Shown here: positions 31,124 through 41,785 of the stretch, piece by piece
Layout of the letters: each line of letters begins with the position of its first letter
Position numbering within the stretch: the first letter of the stretch is position 1
Virus record (IMG/VR): IMGVR_UViG_3300032304_001768
Coordinates: 1 to 64,000 of that record
Source of the DNA: a virus
Strand: one strand, 5' to 3'
Length of the DNA: 64,000 nucleotides
Position numbers and translations under genes: made by a program
Notes under the pieces: generated by a model
What the model was told of the DNA's origin: nothing
The model's input: only the letters and a program-made list of their open reading frames with translations
Databases searched by the model: none

Positions 31124-31893
31124 ACAACAGCGTTATATTAACAATACATAATAAAGATTTTTTAATAGCGAATGTTTTGACACATTTGCTTGAAAATTTA
31201 TCAACATTCAACAATGAACTTATAATAGTATTTGATGGATGTCAAGATAATAGTGAAAGTATCACAAAACAAATATTAAGTAATGTCAAAAATAAAAAAA
31301 TAAAGTACATCTATACTGATGATGTTTTTGAAACTAAAGCTAATAATGCGGGATTACGAGTAGTTGAAAATGATTATGTTATAATTATACAAGACGATAT
31401 GGTAATCAAAGAAAAGAATTTTGATTTAAGAATGGCCCAACCATTCATACATTTTAGCGATGTATTTGCAGTAACATCTTTCATAGCGCATAACAATATA
31501 TACAATGAAGAGACAAAAGAAATTAACTATATTGATATGGCAAATAGATCAAATAGCTCCAGAGATGTATTTTATGGACGGGAATATGCAAATCGAGGCC
31601 CTCTAATGTATAACTACAACGATGTAGTTAAATTAAATTTCTTGGATGAATATTTCGCACCTCAATGTTATGATGATATGGATATCTCCATGAGAGCTTT
31701 AAAAGAATTAGGAAAAATATCTGGATTATATTGGATAGATTATGAATCTGATTTATCTTGGGGAACTACTAGAAGAGCGCCATCTCCAAAATTGAACAAT
31801 ATACATATTACAAATGCTGCTAAGGTATTAGAAAAACATCGAGATTTATTGTATTCAGATAATCGAATCATAGATAATAGAATTTTAAAATAA
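31120..31893 (+). CDS. Glycosyltransferase family 2
   Basis: 'VFDGCQD', 'ANNAG', 'IQDD', 'YDDMD'. Confidence 0.88.
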   Translation: MNNSVILTIHNKDFLIANVLTHLLENLSTFNNELIIVFDGCQDNSESITKQILSNVKNKKIKYIYTDDVFETKANNAGLRVVENDYVIIIQDDMVIKEKNFDLRMAQPFIHFSDVFAVTSFIAHNNIYNEETKEINYIDMANRSNSSRDVFYGREYANRGPLMYNYNDVVKLNFLDEYFAPQCYDDMDISMRALKELGKISGLYWIDYESDLSWGTTRRAPSPKLNNIHITNAAKVLEKHRDLLYSDNRIIDNRILK

Positions 31894-31895
31894 TT

Positions 31896-32498
31896 ATGAA
31901 AATAAAACCTAAAAATTCCGATGAATGGTATAGAATTGACGGTGACAATACACTAAGATTGAATTATGAAAATTTAAATAGTAATTCAACAGTTGTGGAT
32001 ATTGGAGCTAGACATGGAGCGTGGGCATGCCCTATTAAAGAAATGTATGGATGTGATGTTATATGCTTTGATGTGATTGAAGAATATGTAGAAAATTTAA
32101 AGCAACTAGGATTTACATCATATAGATACGCTGTTTCCGATACAAATGGAGTGCTTTCTTTAGGAATTGATGGTGATGAAGCTTCAATATATCATGAATA
32201 TGATATATTTCAAGTTGAATCTATTGATACTAATAAACTGTTCAACTTATTAAAAGTTGATAAAATCGATCTTATAAAAATGAATGTTGAAGGTTCTGAA
32301 TATGATATTATTAAGAATTTAATAGATAATAACTTGATAAATAAAATTGATAATTTACAAATTCAATTCCATGAAATGGTTGGATGTGAAGAAAAATATT
32401 CTAATTTAGAAGCATCGTTAATGAAAACGCACGAATTAACTTGGAGATATCCGTTTATTTGGGAAAACTGGAAACGAAAAATTGATAATATTTCTTAA
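31896..32498 (+). CDS. FkbM-family methyltransferase
   Basis: 'VDIGA', 'IDLIKMNVEGSEY', 'QIQFH'. Confidence 0.9.
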   Translation: MKIKPKNSDEWYRIDGDNTLRLNYENLNSNSTVVDIGARHGAWACPIKEMYGCDVICFDVIEEYVENLKQLGFTSYRYAVSDTNGVLSLGIDGDEASIYHEYDIFQVESIDTNKLFNLLKVDKIDLIKMNVEGSEYDIIKNLIDNNLINKIDNLQIQFHEMVGCEEKYSNLEASLMKTHELTWRYPFIWENWKRKIDNIS

Positions 32499-33168
32499 AA
32501 ATATGCATGACACATATAATAATACAAAGTTAAACAAACTAAAATACCAATTTGAAGATTGTGAAAATATACATCATAACTATTCACAAGCTTATCAAGA
32601 TATGTTTGTTTTAAGCATGTTGAATGGTAAACGAAATGGGACGTTCGTTGAGATAGGAACTTTTCACCCAACAGAAATTAGTAATACGTATCTATTAGAA
32701 AAACAATACGGTTGGAATGGTATATCTATTGACATTAATGATATTGTTGATTATAATAATGTTAGAACATCTAAACTAATAATTGAAGATGCTTTGAAAA
32801 TAGATTATTCTAAATTATTCAAAGAACATAATTTACCAAATCATATAGATTATCTACAGTTAGATATCGAACCACCTAATAATACATTAGAATGTTTAAA
32901 GCGCATTCCATTTGACGAATATACATTTTCAGTTATAACGTTCGAAACAGATTCATATTATTCTGGAAACACCATATCTGATATTTCTAGGAAGATTTTA
33001 GATGATAATGGATATGAATTAATAGTCGCTGACGTTTGCAACCATGATATCATATATCCATTTGAAGATTGGTATGTGAATCCTAAATTTGTAGATCCAA
33101 AATTGATAAAACTTTTTAAATCCGATACAACTGATAAATTGACAGCAGAGCAAATTATTTTAATGTAA
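32482..33168 (+). CDS. FkbM-like methyltransferase
   Basis: 'YSQAYQD', 'FVEIG', 'SNTYLLE', 'IDYLQLDIEP', 'EDWYV'; exact start uncertain. Confidence 0.85.
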   Translation: MIIFLKNMHDTYNNTKLNKLKYQFEDCENIHHNYSQAYQDMFVLSMLNGKRNGTFVEIGTFHPTEISNTYLLEKQYGWNGISIDINDIVDYNNVRTSKLIIEDALKIDYSKLFKEHNLPNHIDYLQLDIEPPNNTLECLKRIPFDEYTFSVITFETDSYYSGNTISDISRKILDDNGYELIVADVCNHDIIYPFEDWYVNPKFVDPKLIKLFKSDTTDKLTAEQIILM

Positions 33169-33169
33169 A

Positions 33170-33937
33170 ATGAAAGCATTATCGATATGTCCCACTTATG
33201 CAAGAATACCATTCCTCAACAGAATGGTCGCTGGTTTCTTAAGTCAAACTTATGACGACAAAGAACTTGTAATCATCAACGATGACAAGAATGTTGAACT
33301 TGTATGCGAACAGCCCGGTGTTGTATGCATCAATTTGAATAAGAAAATTCTAGTTCCACAGAAAAAGAATCTAGCGATTGGGCTGGGTTATCATGACGTA
33401 TTTTTAACATGCGATGACGATGATGTGTATCTTCCAAATCATATAGAATTGCATGTAAAAAAGCATTTGGAAAATCCTGAGATTGGACTTTATCGAAATG
33501 AAGCGGCGTATACCATATATGGTGATCAATTCTTCATAAAGCATTCACCTCCAAACACCATTTCATGCACAAGAAAGGATTGGTTTTTAAACAATGGATA
33601 CGCTCACGATCAAAACATCGCAGAAGATCAAGAATTCTACAACAAAATAACAAACAAATTGGTGGAGAGAGATGAATTGAATATATCGTATGTATACAAT
33701 TGGGGCGGCGTCAATTATCATCTTTCGTATGAAGCTGATGAGTCAATTGAAGAAAAAGCATTCAAACAATTACAGCAACTAAATTTGGTTGGTAAAAAAT
33801 ATTACATAGAACCAGATTTCAAACAATATGAAAATTTCAAAACGCTCGACCGCATCCACAAACAAAAAAACGAAAATCTTCTTGTAAAACACACGGAGCT
33901 TGCTAAGATCGACATATCCCACTTGACCGATGTTTAA
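33170..33937 (+). CDS. Glycosyltransferase family 2
   Basis: 'CPTYAR', 'SQTY', 'IIND', 'DDDDVYLP', 'ED'. Confidence 0.9.
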   Translation: MKALSICPTYARIPFLNRMVAGFLSQTYDDKELVIINDDKNVELVCEQPGVVCINLNKKILVPQKKNLAIGLGYHDVFLTCDDDDVYLPNHIELHVKKHLENPEIGLYRNEAAYTIYGDQFFIKHSPPNTISCTRKDWFLNNGYAHDQNIAEDQEFYNKITNKLVERDELNISYVYNWGGVNYHLSYEADESIEEKAFKQLQQLNLVGKKYYIEPDFKQYENFKTLDRIHKQKNENLLVKHTELAKIDISHLTDV

Positions 33938-34271
33938 ATCAATCAACCACATTCTCTTTGAAAAACCAGCTAAAGAAATCGATCCTGAAGAATTGGAAAA
34001 TTTTGCTCCATACATGGTGTGTAGATATTTGTCGTTTTATGGAAATTCTGAGTATGTTGATTACGCTAATAATACCCTGAACAAATATTCAGGATTATTC
34101 AAGACAGATGATGAGCTTTTCAGATTTTATGAACATGTTGTTCCAACTCTAAAAAAGAAGAAAATCAACTATGTTAAAAAGTTGAAAAGGGAAAAGTCTG
34201 ATATTGTTAAGAATGTTCCAGAATTTTCATCTAGGCGAGAAATGAAAATGTTGACAAATTTAGATATCTAA
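33930..34271 (+). CDS. Clamp-loader small subunit, gp62-like
   Basis: 'FAPYMVCRYLS...N...FY...KKKKINYVKK' resembles the gp62 pattern. Confidence 0.6.
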   Translation: MFKSINHILFEKPAKEIDPEELENFAPYMVCRYLSFYGNSEYVDYANNTLNKYSGLFKTDDELFRFYEHVVPTLKKKKINYVKKLKREKSDIVKNVPEFSSRREMKMLTNLDI

Positions 34272-34283
34272 CTAAATTTGTTA

Positions 34284-34703
34284 ATGACACAATCGATAGA
34301 TATTCTAGCGCCACAAAAATCACACATTAATCTTTCTGATAAGACTCTTCCTACCGATTTCGGAATGGATGATTATGTTTTGTCAGAACTTTTGGATGAT
34401 GCAATTCTAATTGAATACTGTGACCTACATGGTGGTGAAGAAGGCGCAGAATACATCCTACGCGGAGGTATTGCAGTTCCGATTAACCAAGTCCACAACG
34501 CATGGCGTAAGGGCACTGTGATTCTCACAGGACCAAGCGTGAGGCAAGTTAAAAAAGGACAGATCATCGTGTTCCCAAACAACATGGGAATTCCGATTTC
34601 AAATCTTGAAGTTGATGATCACGGCAAAGTTAAAAACGGTCTGTTGATCAACGAACAGCGCATTTTCGGAATTTGCAAAGTGAATCCAAATATCGATAAA
34701 TAA
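34284..34703 (+). CDS. GroES-like co-chaperonin (gp31 analogue)
   Basis: 'GGIAVP', 'GTVILTGPSVRQVKKGQIIVF', 'INEQRIFG'. Confidence 0.8.
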   Translation: MTQSIDILAPQKSHINLSDKTLPTDFGMDDYVLSELLDDAILIEYCDLHGGEEGAEYILRGGIAVPINQVHNAWRKGTVILTGPSVRQVKKGQIIVFPNNMGIPISNLEVDDHGKVKNGLLINEQRIFGICKVNPNIDK

Positions 34704-34708
34704 TTTAA

Positions 34709-35122
34709 GTGAGGAAGATAAACAGAGTTGAACTAGAACGTCTTACAATGAATAATGTTTGTGAGATTATGTTCGTTAGGCGCAGACCAGAAAGAGCAAA
34801 AGGAAGACCTTTGACGCGCCGTATGTTATGCACCAACTCTAAAAATATCTTACTCTCTCCAAATGGAAGAATTTCTTTAAATTACGATAACATAACGCCG
34901 GGTAAAAGACAAGCAGCTTTTAAAATAGATCGAGTAAAACATAATGTTGTTGTTGCCTATGATATCATCATGCAAGAATATCGAAACATTTCAATGGATG
35001 CTTGTTTTTTAGTCAATCAATTACCAGACGACGATACATTTTGGAAATATTTTGACGAAGTTCTTCTACCAGCATCTCCGCAAGATAAGCAACATTTCAT
35101 GGATAATGAATACAATGACTGA
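34709..35122 (+). CDS. SH3/WYL-like beta-barrel protein
   Basis: 'EIMFVRR...RRMLCT...VAYDI....YRNI' pattern. Confidence 0.6.
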   Translation: MRKINRVELERLTMNNVCEIMFVRRRPERAKGRPLTRRMLCTNSKNILLSPNGRISLNYDNITPGKRQAAFKIDRVKHNVVVAYDIIMQEYRNISMDACFLVNQLPDDDTFWKYFDEVLLPASPQDKQHFMDNEYND

Positions 35123-35450
35123 TATTGAACAAGAATTAAAAAATATAGTGTTAAAAACCGTCAAATTTACAATTGACAATAAAACAATTAGAAGTGGAAG
35201 AGTTGATGTTTTCAATACTAAACAATTCTTTATAAAATTTAAACTTTCTACTGGTGATGAGCAGCGAGAATACGAAATGCCATATCCATACAAGCTGACC
35301 AAGATTCAGAATGGGTATATTTTCGATTATTGTCTGAGTTCATTCTGTTCTGTCAAGGACGACAACTACTTCAAAATGCTAGGATTTGACAAAACGAACG
35401 CTTCCAAGTTGCACAACAACTACGTTTACATGGTCGCTCTTTCGTCTTGA
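35115..35450 (+). CDS. Hypothetical protein
   Basis: ORF coupled to the upstream gene; start uncertain. Confidence 0.65.
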   Translation: MTDIEQELKNIVLKTVKFTIDNKTIRSGRVDVFNTKQFFIKFKLSTGDEQREYEMPYPYKLTKIQNGYIFDYCLSSFCSVKDDNYFKMLGFDKTNASKLHNNYVYMVALSS

Positions 35451-35474
35451 CTTTGAGAATGGGTGCGCTACCAT
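35447..35474 (+). promoter_or_regulatory. Sigma70-type promoter
   Basis: TTGACT-N16-TACCAT, 6 nt before ATG 35481. Confidence 0.65.
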
Positions 35475-35480
35475 CGGGCG

Positions 35481-37097
35481 ATGGCACAAATGATACTCGA
35501 CTTCCCGGAAGGCTACACCCCTTCGACACATCAGGCAAAAATAATCACCGAGATTGAAAAGGCCATTGCAAACAATGAGAAATTTATTGTTTGCAATGCT
35601 GCGACAGGAACGGGAAAATCATTTTTCGCTCCTACTTTGGCAAATCACTTCGGAGGACCAACAGCAGAATGGAATTCAAAGGTTGATGATTACTCCATTT
35701 ATGGAGAAGATGGCGCTGAATTTGCTGAAAACCAACCGTTGTTTGGTGTGTATGCATTAACAATAACAAAATCCCTACAAGATCAATACAAGCAAAGCTT
35801 TGATTTCGCTCAGGTCTTGAAAGGACAAAGCAATTATCAATGCAATTACGATGATACCCTGACTGTTGACGTTGCTCCATGTTTGTATCTTCCAGCATTG
35901 AAAAATGAATGTTGGTCTTGTAATCGATGCTCGTATTACAATGATAGAAACACCATGCTGAAAGCTGAATTCGCGGCTTTGAATTACAGCATGTATTTCT
36001 CATTGCCTTCTCATTTGAGGAAACGTAAAGTGTTGGTGCTGGACGAAGCTAGTGAATTGGAAGATCAGCTTGTCAGTCAATTTACATGTGAGATTGATAT
36101 CCCATTCTTGATGAAAACCCAAACTGCGGTTACGGCATTTCCAGATGATGAGAAAAGTGTAAAAGTTCTGACATGGTTAGGCAAGCTAATGGGAGCATTG
36201 ACCAATTCAATTGAGAGTTACAAAGAATATTTCAAAACCAAGAAAGGAAAAGATTTGGAGTTTACTAAAAAGAAGTCTGAATACACCAAACTTGCCAACC
36301 TTTCAAAAAGTGTCGAACTACTGATCAGCACTTTTAATGATAGTCAATACATCGTAGAGCATATCGAAAAGAAAATTCGATTCACCCCTCTCAAGATTGA
36401 TAAATTGAGCCGTTATTTGTTTGACAATGCTGATCATGTTGTGTTGTTGAGTGCAACAATCATTGATCCTGTTAATTTCTGTAAGAATTTGGGCATTCCA
36501 AAATACAAATACATTGAAATCGACTCACCATTTGATGCGGAAAAGGCTCCCATTTATGTGCTGGCTCACCAAAAGATCAACTTTGGCAATTTAAAGACAT
36601 TGCTGCCTACCTTGTGCAAGCAAATTGATGGCATTTTGAATGAGCATGCCGATCAAAAAGGCATCATCCACACCCACACTCAATACATAGCAGACTATAT
36701 TCGAGACCATGTGAAGAGTAATCGATTGATATGTCGTGAAGCTGGCGTTACCAATGAAGATATTCTTGAAAAGCACACCGAAGACGCTGGACCTACGGTA
36801 TTGGTATCGCCATCAATGACTTATGGAGTTGACTTAAAGGGTAAATTGGCTGAATTCCAAATCATATTGAAGGCTCCGTGGCTTCCTACCAAAGATGTCA
36901 GAGTCGAACGAATGATGAAGTTGGATAAAGAGTGGTATTCTAATAAAATGCTATGCACTTTGGTTCAAGCGTGTGGTCGTGGAGTTCGCAGCGTCAAGGA
37001 TGAATGTGTTACATATGTGCTTGATGGCAGTATTTTCGATGCTGTATCTCGGAACAAAAAGAAACTTCCCAAGTATTTTATTGATAGATTTCAGTAA
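35481..37097 (+). CDS. DinG/XPD-family helicase with putative Fe-S cluster
   Basis: 'ATGTGKS', 'LQDQY', 'KGQSNYQC' plus Cys cluster, 'DEAS', 'LSATI', 'GVDL', 'QACGRGVRS'. Confidence 0.92.
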   Translation: MAQMILDFPEGYTPSTHQAKIITEIEKAIANNEKFIVCNAATGTGKSFFAPTLANHFGGPTAEWNSKVDDYSIYGEDGAEFAENQPLFGVYALTITKSLQDQYKQSFDFAQVLKGQSNYQCNYDDTLTVDVAPCLYLPALKNECWSCNRCSYYNDRNTMLKAEFAALNYSMYFSLPSHLRKRKVLVLDEASELEDQLVSQFTCEIDIPFLMKTQTAVTAFPDDEKSVKVLTWLGKLMGALTNSIESYKEYFKTKKGKDLEFTKKKSEYTKLANLSKSVELLISTFNDSQYIVEHIEKKIRFTPLKIDKLSRYLFDNADHVVLLSATIIDPVNFCKNLGIPKYKYIEIDSPFDAEKAPIYVLAHQKINFGNLKTLLPTLCKQIDGILNEHADQKGIIHTHTQYIADYIRDHVKSNRLICREAGVTNEDILEKHTEDAGPTVLVSPSMTYGVDLKGKLAEFQIILKAPWLPTKDVRVERMMKLDKEWYSNKMLCTLVQACGRGVRSVKDECVTYVLDGSIFDAVSRNKKKLPKYFIDRFQ

Positions 37098-37124
37098 TCA
37101 GTATTTTCTCTCATAAATAAATGA

Positions 37125-38231
37125 GTGGTAAAATACTCATATCATCATGAACAACTCGATTTGCTGATGCTTTTTACATCAGCATTCGATGATTGTTTGC
37201 TTTATCGTTACGATGCAAAAACAAGACTTCCAGCGTCTAAAATTGACGTTAGATACATTCATGGACCGAAACAAAAGGTAATTTATGACATTGTTTCGAA
37301 GCAGAAGAATTTAACACTGCCTGTCGTGTCTATCGAACAAACCAATTTGACGAGAGATGCTGACAGAGTGATGCATAAAAACCAGAATATTTATAGACCA
37401 ACATCTAATAATTCTGGTAAAATTCCAATGCCTGTTCCTGTAACAATGAATTTGAAAATTTCAATCATTGCAAAATACAAGGAAGATATTGATCAAATCG
37501 TTCAAAACTTTGTAACAGTAGCAAATCCATATTTCGTGGTGTCTTGGAAAGTTCCAAGTGCATTTAAGTTGGATTTTATTGATGAGTTAAGAACTCAAAT
37601 AGAATGGGATGGTAGTATCAGTTACTCGACTCCGAGTAATATGGCGGCTGAAGACAAATATCGTATCACGGGCGATACATCATTCACAATCAAAGGTTGG
37701 CTATTTCAATCTACAGAAAATTCAGAAGGATTGATTTATGAAGTCGATACAAATTTCATAGCCTCTGATTTGACAAAACGAATTTTGACATATGACGATT
37801 ATCCAGCATTGTCTGGTGCATATGAGGAAAATGAAATGATATCAGTATCAGCATACCCACAATTCACCAATTTGTATTTCAATTCAACTGGTGATATTGT
37901 TCCGATAAGAGAAAATATTGAAATCAAAACGATGAACGAAAACAAGTTCACCATTTTGGGTAAGCGATTCTCATTCAACAACAACTGGTATCTGAGCAGC
38001 GGAAATCCATCGTTGTTTTCTGGATATGAAAAAATCACAACAGCCAAATTTCCAACCATTTCGGCCTATCGACTTCCATACGAATATGTATCAGTTGCGG
38101 ATGACAATATGGCTGTTATTACCTTGCCGCCAAATTCATTGTCGGCATCCGGTAGATTCACTTTTGTAACTTCCAATAGTGCGGGGTGGACTTCTTGGAA
38201 TACTGTGATAAATACAGATATCACACATTAA
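37125..38231 (+). CDS. Tail terminator/sheath stabiliser, gp15-like, with C-terminal extension
   Basis: 'GPKQK', 'LTLP', 'DADR', 'PVPVTM', 'QIVQNF', 'FTIKGWL'. Confidence 0.85.
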   Translation: MVKYSYHHEQLDLLMLFTSAFDDCLLYRYDAKTRLPASKIDVRYIHGPKQKVIYDIVSKQKNLTLPVVSIEQTNLTRDADRVMHKNQNIYRPTSNNSGKIPMPVPVTMNLKISIIAKYKEDIDQIVQNFVTVANPYFVVSWKVPSAFKLDFIDELRTQIEWDGSISYSTPSNMAAEDKYRITGDTSFTIKGWLFQSTENSEGLIYEVDTNFIASDLTKRILTYDDYPALSGAYEENEMISVSAYPQFTNLYFNSTGDIVPIRENIEIKTMNENKFTILGKRFSFNNNWYLSSGNPSLFSGYEKITTAKFPTISAYRLPYEYVSVADDNMAVITLPPNSLSASGRFTFVTSNSAGWTSWNTVINTDITH

Positions 38232-38269
38232 TAATCAATGATTATTTTTCAAATTCCTAAATAAAAGAT

Positions 38270-40108
38270 ATGGCAGGTTCTGATAGTTCATCCACTCCAA
38301 ATGGAAATAAAAATTACGTAGCAAGCGACGGTAGAGGATCGACGTTCGATAGATCGATGCAATCCTTTATTAAAAGTCGTTCTCCGTATGCATATAAGGA
38401 AGCAGAGACCGACGAAAACACCAATACAAAATACAAGTATTTCAAAAACGTCGGCATGCGCCGTTCTGAAGCGATTGCCAAAAATTCAGTAGCTCTAAGC
38501 AACGAATACAACAACACTCCATATGGAACCATCCATCAGGATAAAACATTCGGGGATGTTATGTATGCAAAGGTTTCCGAGGACAAGCCGGGACGTTTGC
38601 GTGATTATAGAACTATTGCGGCGTTCTCCGAAGTGTCTGATGCATTGGATGAAATTTGTGATGCGTGTATCAATACAGATGATAAGGGAAATATTGTAAC
38701 CATCGATTTTGTAAATGATTCATTGAAATCCGAAGAGAAGACAAAAATTCAAGATGAATTCAATAAATTCATTTACTTCTTCGACCTCAAGAACAAAGGA
38801 TGGAGATATTTCAGACAATTGCTTACCGAAGGTGAGTTGTTCTTTGAAAACATCATTCACGAAGATTATACAAAACAAGGCATTTTAGCAGTTCAAAATC
38901 TACCTGCCGATAATATCGATCCGATTTATTCCAACATTCAGAACATGTTGATCAAAGGATTCTTGTATAACAAGCCGATTTTCGATAGATACAATACGAA
39001 AAAAGTAGATAAGTTTGAACACATTCCATTTGAAGAAAATCAAATCATCTATGTAAACAGCGAACAATACAATGAAACCAAGGATTTCGTAATTCCGTTT
39101 GTTGAAAATTGCCGCCGTGCTTATCGTCAGTTGAGCATGATCGAAGATAGCGTTGTCATTCACAGAATGGTTCACGCTCCATTGCGTTTTGTTTTCAACG
39201 TTGACGTTGGCAGAATGGCAGTTCCACAAGCTGAATCATATCTTAAGCGTCTTCAGCAACAATACTGGTCAAGCAAAACATTTGATGTTGATCAAAATGA
39301 TATTGTCAAAAAATACAATCCACAGTCCATGTTGGATAGTTATTGGTTTGCCAAGCGCCAAGGTCAAGAAGCAACTTCTGTTCAAACTATCGGTGGACAA
39401 CCAAGTGATGGCAATTTGGATGTATTGGATTGGTTCTTAAAGAAATTGTATAGATCTCTCAAGGTTCCTACAAACAGACTCAAAGAAGATTCAGCTAATA
39501 GTGATGGTGCTCAAATGCTCAATGAGGAATTGAAGTTTGCAGATATGGTGATTCGCCATCAACAAAAATTTGCAGTTGGTATTAAAAAAGGATTTATAAC
39601 TCACTTGAAACTTCGTGGAGTTTTTGACGATCTTGATATTGAAGAGCAAGAAATCGAAATTGATTTCGTAAGACCGGGAACGTTCTTCGAAATGCGAGAC
39701 AATCAGAAGAAGCAACTAAAAGTTGATATGTATCACAGCGTCATGGGAACTTCTCATGTTTCTGATACATTTGCCAAGAAGAAGTATCTAGGATGGGACG
39801 ACAAAGACATTCTTGCAGACCGTGAATTTAGACGTAAAGACGCTGAATTTGAATGGGAAATGCAACAAATCGCTACAATGGGTCCAGATTGGAAAGCTCA
39901 AGTTATTGCTCAAGCAAATGCTGGTGCAGAAGGCACACCTGCGGAAGCTCCGATTGGCGGCGGTGGCGGTGGAATAACACCACCTCCAGCGTTTGGTGGT
40001 GGTCCTACTGGCGCGGGCGAAGAAGCTGGGGGTGGAGAAACACCACCACCTTTTGGAGGCGAGCCAAATCAGACTCCACCTCCGGGTGAAGGTCAACCAA
40101 CTGAATAA
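38270..40108 (+). CDS. Portal protein, gp20-like
   Basis: 'QLSMIEDSVVIHRMVHAP', 'FNVDVG', 'KKLYRSLKVP', 'EELKF'. Confidence 0.97.
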   Translation: MAGSDSSSTPNGNKNYVASDGRGSTFDRSMQSFIKSRSPYAYKEAETDENTNTKYKYFKNVGMRRSEAIAKNSVALSNEYNNTPYGTIHQDKTFGDVMYAKVSEDKPGRLRDYRTIAAFSEVSDALDEICDACINTDDKGNIVTIDFVNDSLKSEEKTKIQDEFNKFIYFFDLKNKGWRYFRQLLTEGELFFENIIHEDYTKQGILAVQNLPADNIDPIYSNIQNMLIKGFLYNKPIFDRYNTKKVDKFEHIPFEENQIIYVNSEQYNETKDFVIPFVENCRRAYRQLSMIEDSVVIHRMVHAPLRFVFNVDVGRMAVPQAESYLKRLQQQYWSSKTFDVDQNDIVKKYNPQSMLDSYWFAKRQGQEATSVQTIGGQPSDGNLDVLDWFLKKLYRSLKVPTNRLKEDSANSDGAQMLNEELKFADMVIRHQQKFAVGIKKGFITHLKLRGVFDDLDIEEQEIEIDFVRPGTFFEMRDNQKKQLKVDMYHSVMGTSHVSDTFAKKKYLGWDDKDILADREFRRKDAEFEWEMQQIATMGPDWKAQVIAQANAGAEGTPAEAPIGGGGGGITPPPAFGGGPTGAGEEAGGGETPPPFGGEPNQTPPPGEGQPTE

Positions 40109-40155
40109 TAACAATTGGTTGCAATAATATTCTGTTAACTTCATAAATAATAATT

Positions 40156-41298
40156 GTGAGTGAACTTTGCCAGATTACGCCTATTAGCGCATTTATGTCT
40201 ACTAACCTCAATTCTAAAATTGAGTGTTATCAACAATTAGGAGAGCGCATAATGAGAATGTTGGGATACCCTATGATAAACGTAGAGTTGCATCCTGACC
40301 AACTTTATGATGCAATTTCCATGTCAGTTGAATTTTTCACAAAATACGCGGGATACACCCAAGAATTTTTGATTTTTGATAGTAACTTATATGAACCTAA
40401 TAAGGGATTGCGTTTGGATAATCTATTCACAGTTGCCAATACAGGATTTAACTTAACTCAAAAGTTGGCAGAACCACAAAGAGCAAATCCTGATTTTACT
40501 GCCGATATTCCAGATGCTTTGTATGTTTCCCTCACAGCAATTCCGCAAAGTTATTTTGCATCCAGCAGTTCTTTGAGCGGTGCCGTCGCTAGTGATGGCA
40601 TCACAGAACTTCAGATTATTGATCAGGCGATATTCTCAGAATTGACTGCGTTTAGACCATCTCTTAGCGCATCATTTAAGAAATCTCCTCAGAAAACTCT
40701 TTCAGTTCAATGTCAACCAGTTCAAAATGCTACCACATTCAACAACATGTTTGACTATGATGTGATGGATTACCGTAAAGTCATGGCTGTAACTGATTTT
40801 GAAGAAGGTTCTACAAACGGTATCAACACGCTGTTTACTCTTGAGCAGACTATGGCCCAGCAGACATATTTTAGTTATGCTATGGGTAACTATGGATTTG
40901 ACTTGCTTTCATGGCACACAATGAAAGATTGGATTGAAACTAGAGAAAAAATGCTTGCAATACGTAAAGATTTTTATTTTGATGAAAGAACCCAATATTT
41001 CAGATTAATCCCACAGCCTAAAAATACCAGATTCTATGGAGTTATATCATGCTATGTTGAACGTCCATTAAGAGATCTAATCAAAGAAAAGTGGGTATTG
41101 GAATACGCAGTCGCACTATCCAAAATTATGTGGGGTAGAATTTTAACTAAAATTACAGGAGTGTCTTTGTTGGGTGGTGGATCATTAAATGGTGGTGAAG
41201 TATTATCCGAAGGCGTTAATGAAAAGGAACGTCTTGAAACCTTCTTGATCGAAGGTGGATATGGTGATTTCCAGCCTATCAGCTTATTCGTTGGATAA
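40156..41298 (+). CDS. Neck protein, gp13-like
   Basis: 'RMLGYPMINVEL', 'WVLEYAVALSK..WG..L.K..GV.L.GG..LNG'. Confidence 0.92.
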   Translation: MSELCQITPISAFMSTNLNSKIECYQQLGERIMRMLGYPMINVELHPDQLYDAISMSVEFFTKYAGYTQEFLIFDSNLYEPNKGLRLDNLFTVANTGFNLTQKLAEPQRANPDFTADIPDALYVSLTAIPQSYFASSSSLSGAVASDGITELQIIDQAIFSELTAFRPSLSASFKKSPQKTLSVQCQPVQNATTFNNMFDYDVMDYRKVMAVTDFEEGSTNGINTLFTLEQTMAQQTYFSYAMGNYGFDLLSWHTMKDWIETREKMLAIRKDFYFDERTQYFRLIPQPKNTRFYGVISCYVERPLRDLIKEKWVLEYAVALSKIMWGRILTKITGVSLLGGGSLNGGEVLSEGVNEKERLETFLIEGGYGDFQPISLFVG

Positions 41299-41301
41299 TT
41301 T

Positions 41302-41760
41302 ATGGCATTACCTCTTAAAAGGGACAAGCGATTCCGACAAGGATATTACACTCCAAAAAATCCCGGTAAATACATGGGATCTGGACAAGCCATTTACAGA
41401 AGTGGGCTGGAGTGTAAATTCTTTGTATTTTGTGATAACAATCCAAATGTAGTTCGTTGGGGAAGTGAAAATATAATCATTCCCTACAAATCCAAAATCG
41501 ACGGAAATTGGCATAAGTATTATGTTGATAATTATGTCGAGATTATGGAAGGAAATACATTAGTTCGATATTTGATAGAAATCAAACCTCATAAGCAAAC
41601 TCAAAAACCCGTTAGTAAACAGGGTAAGAAAAAAAGTAGTTTGTTGTATGAACAAACTCAATGGGTTATAAATGCCGAGGGTAAATGGCCCGCTGCTGAA
41701 AAATACTGTAAAGACAGAGGTTGGAAATTTTTGATTATTACAGAAAAGCAATTGCAATAA
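41302..41760 (+). CDS. Head completion nuclease, gp4-like
   Basis: 'G.Y.PKNP.KY.G', 'YRSGLE', 'WGSE', 'IEIKP..QT', 'F.IITE'. Confidence 0.93.
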   Translation: MALPLKRDKRFRQGYYTPKNPGKYMGSGQAIYRSGLECKFFVFCDNNPNVVRWGSENIIIPYKSKIDGNWHKYYVDNYVEIMEGNTLVRYLIEIKPHKQTQKPVSKQGKKKSSLLYEQTQWVINAEGKWPAAEKYCKDRGWKFLIITEKQLQ

Positions 41761-41785
41761 ATACAGTTCGATCTAAATATTGTAA

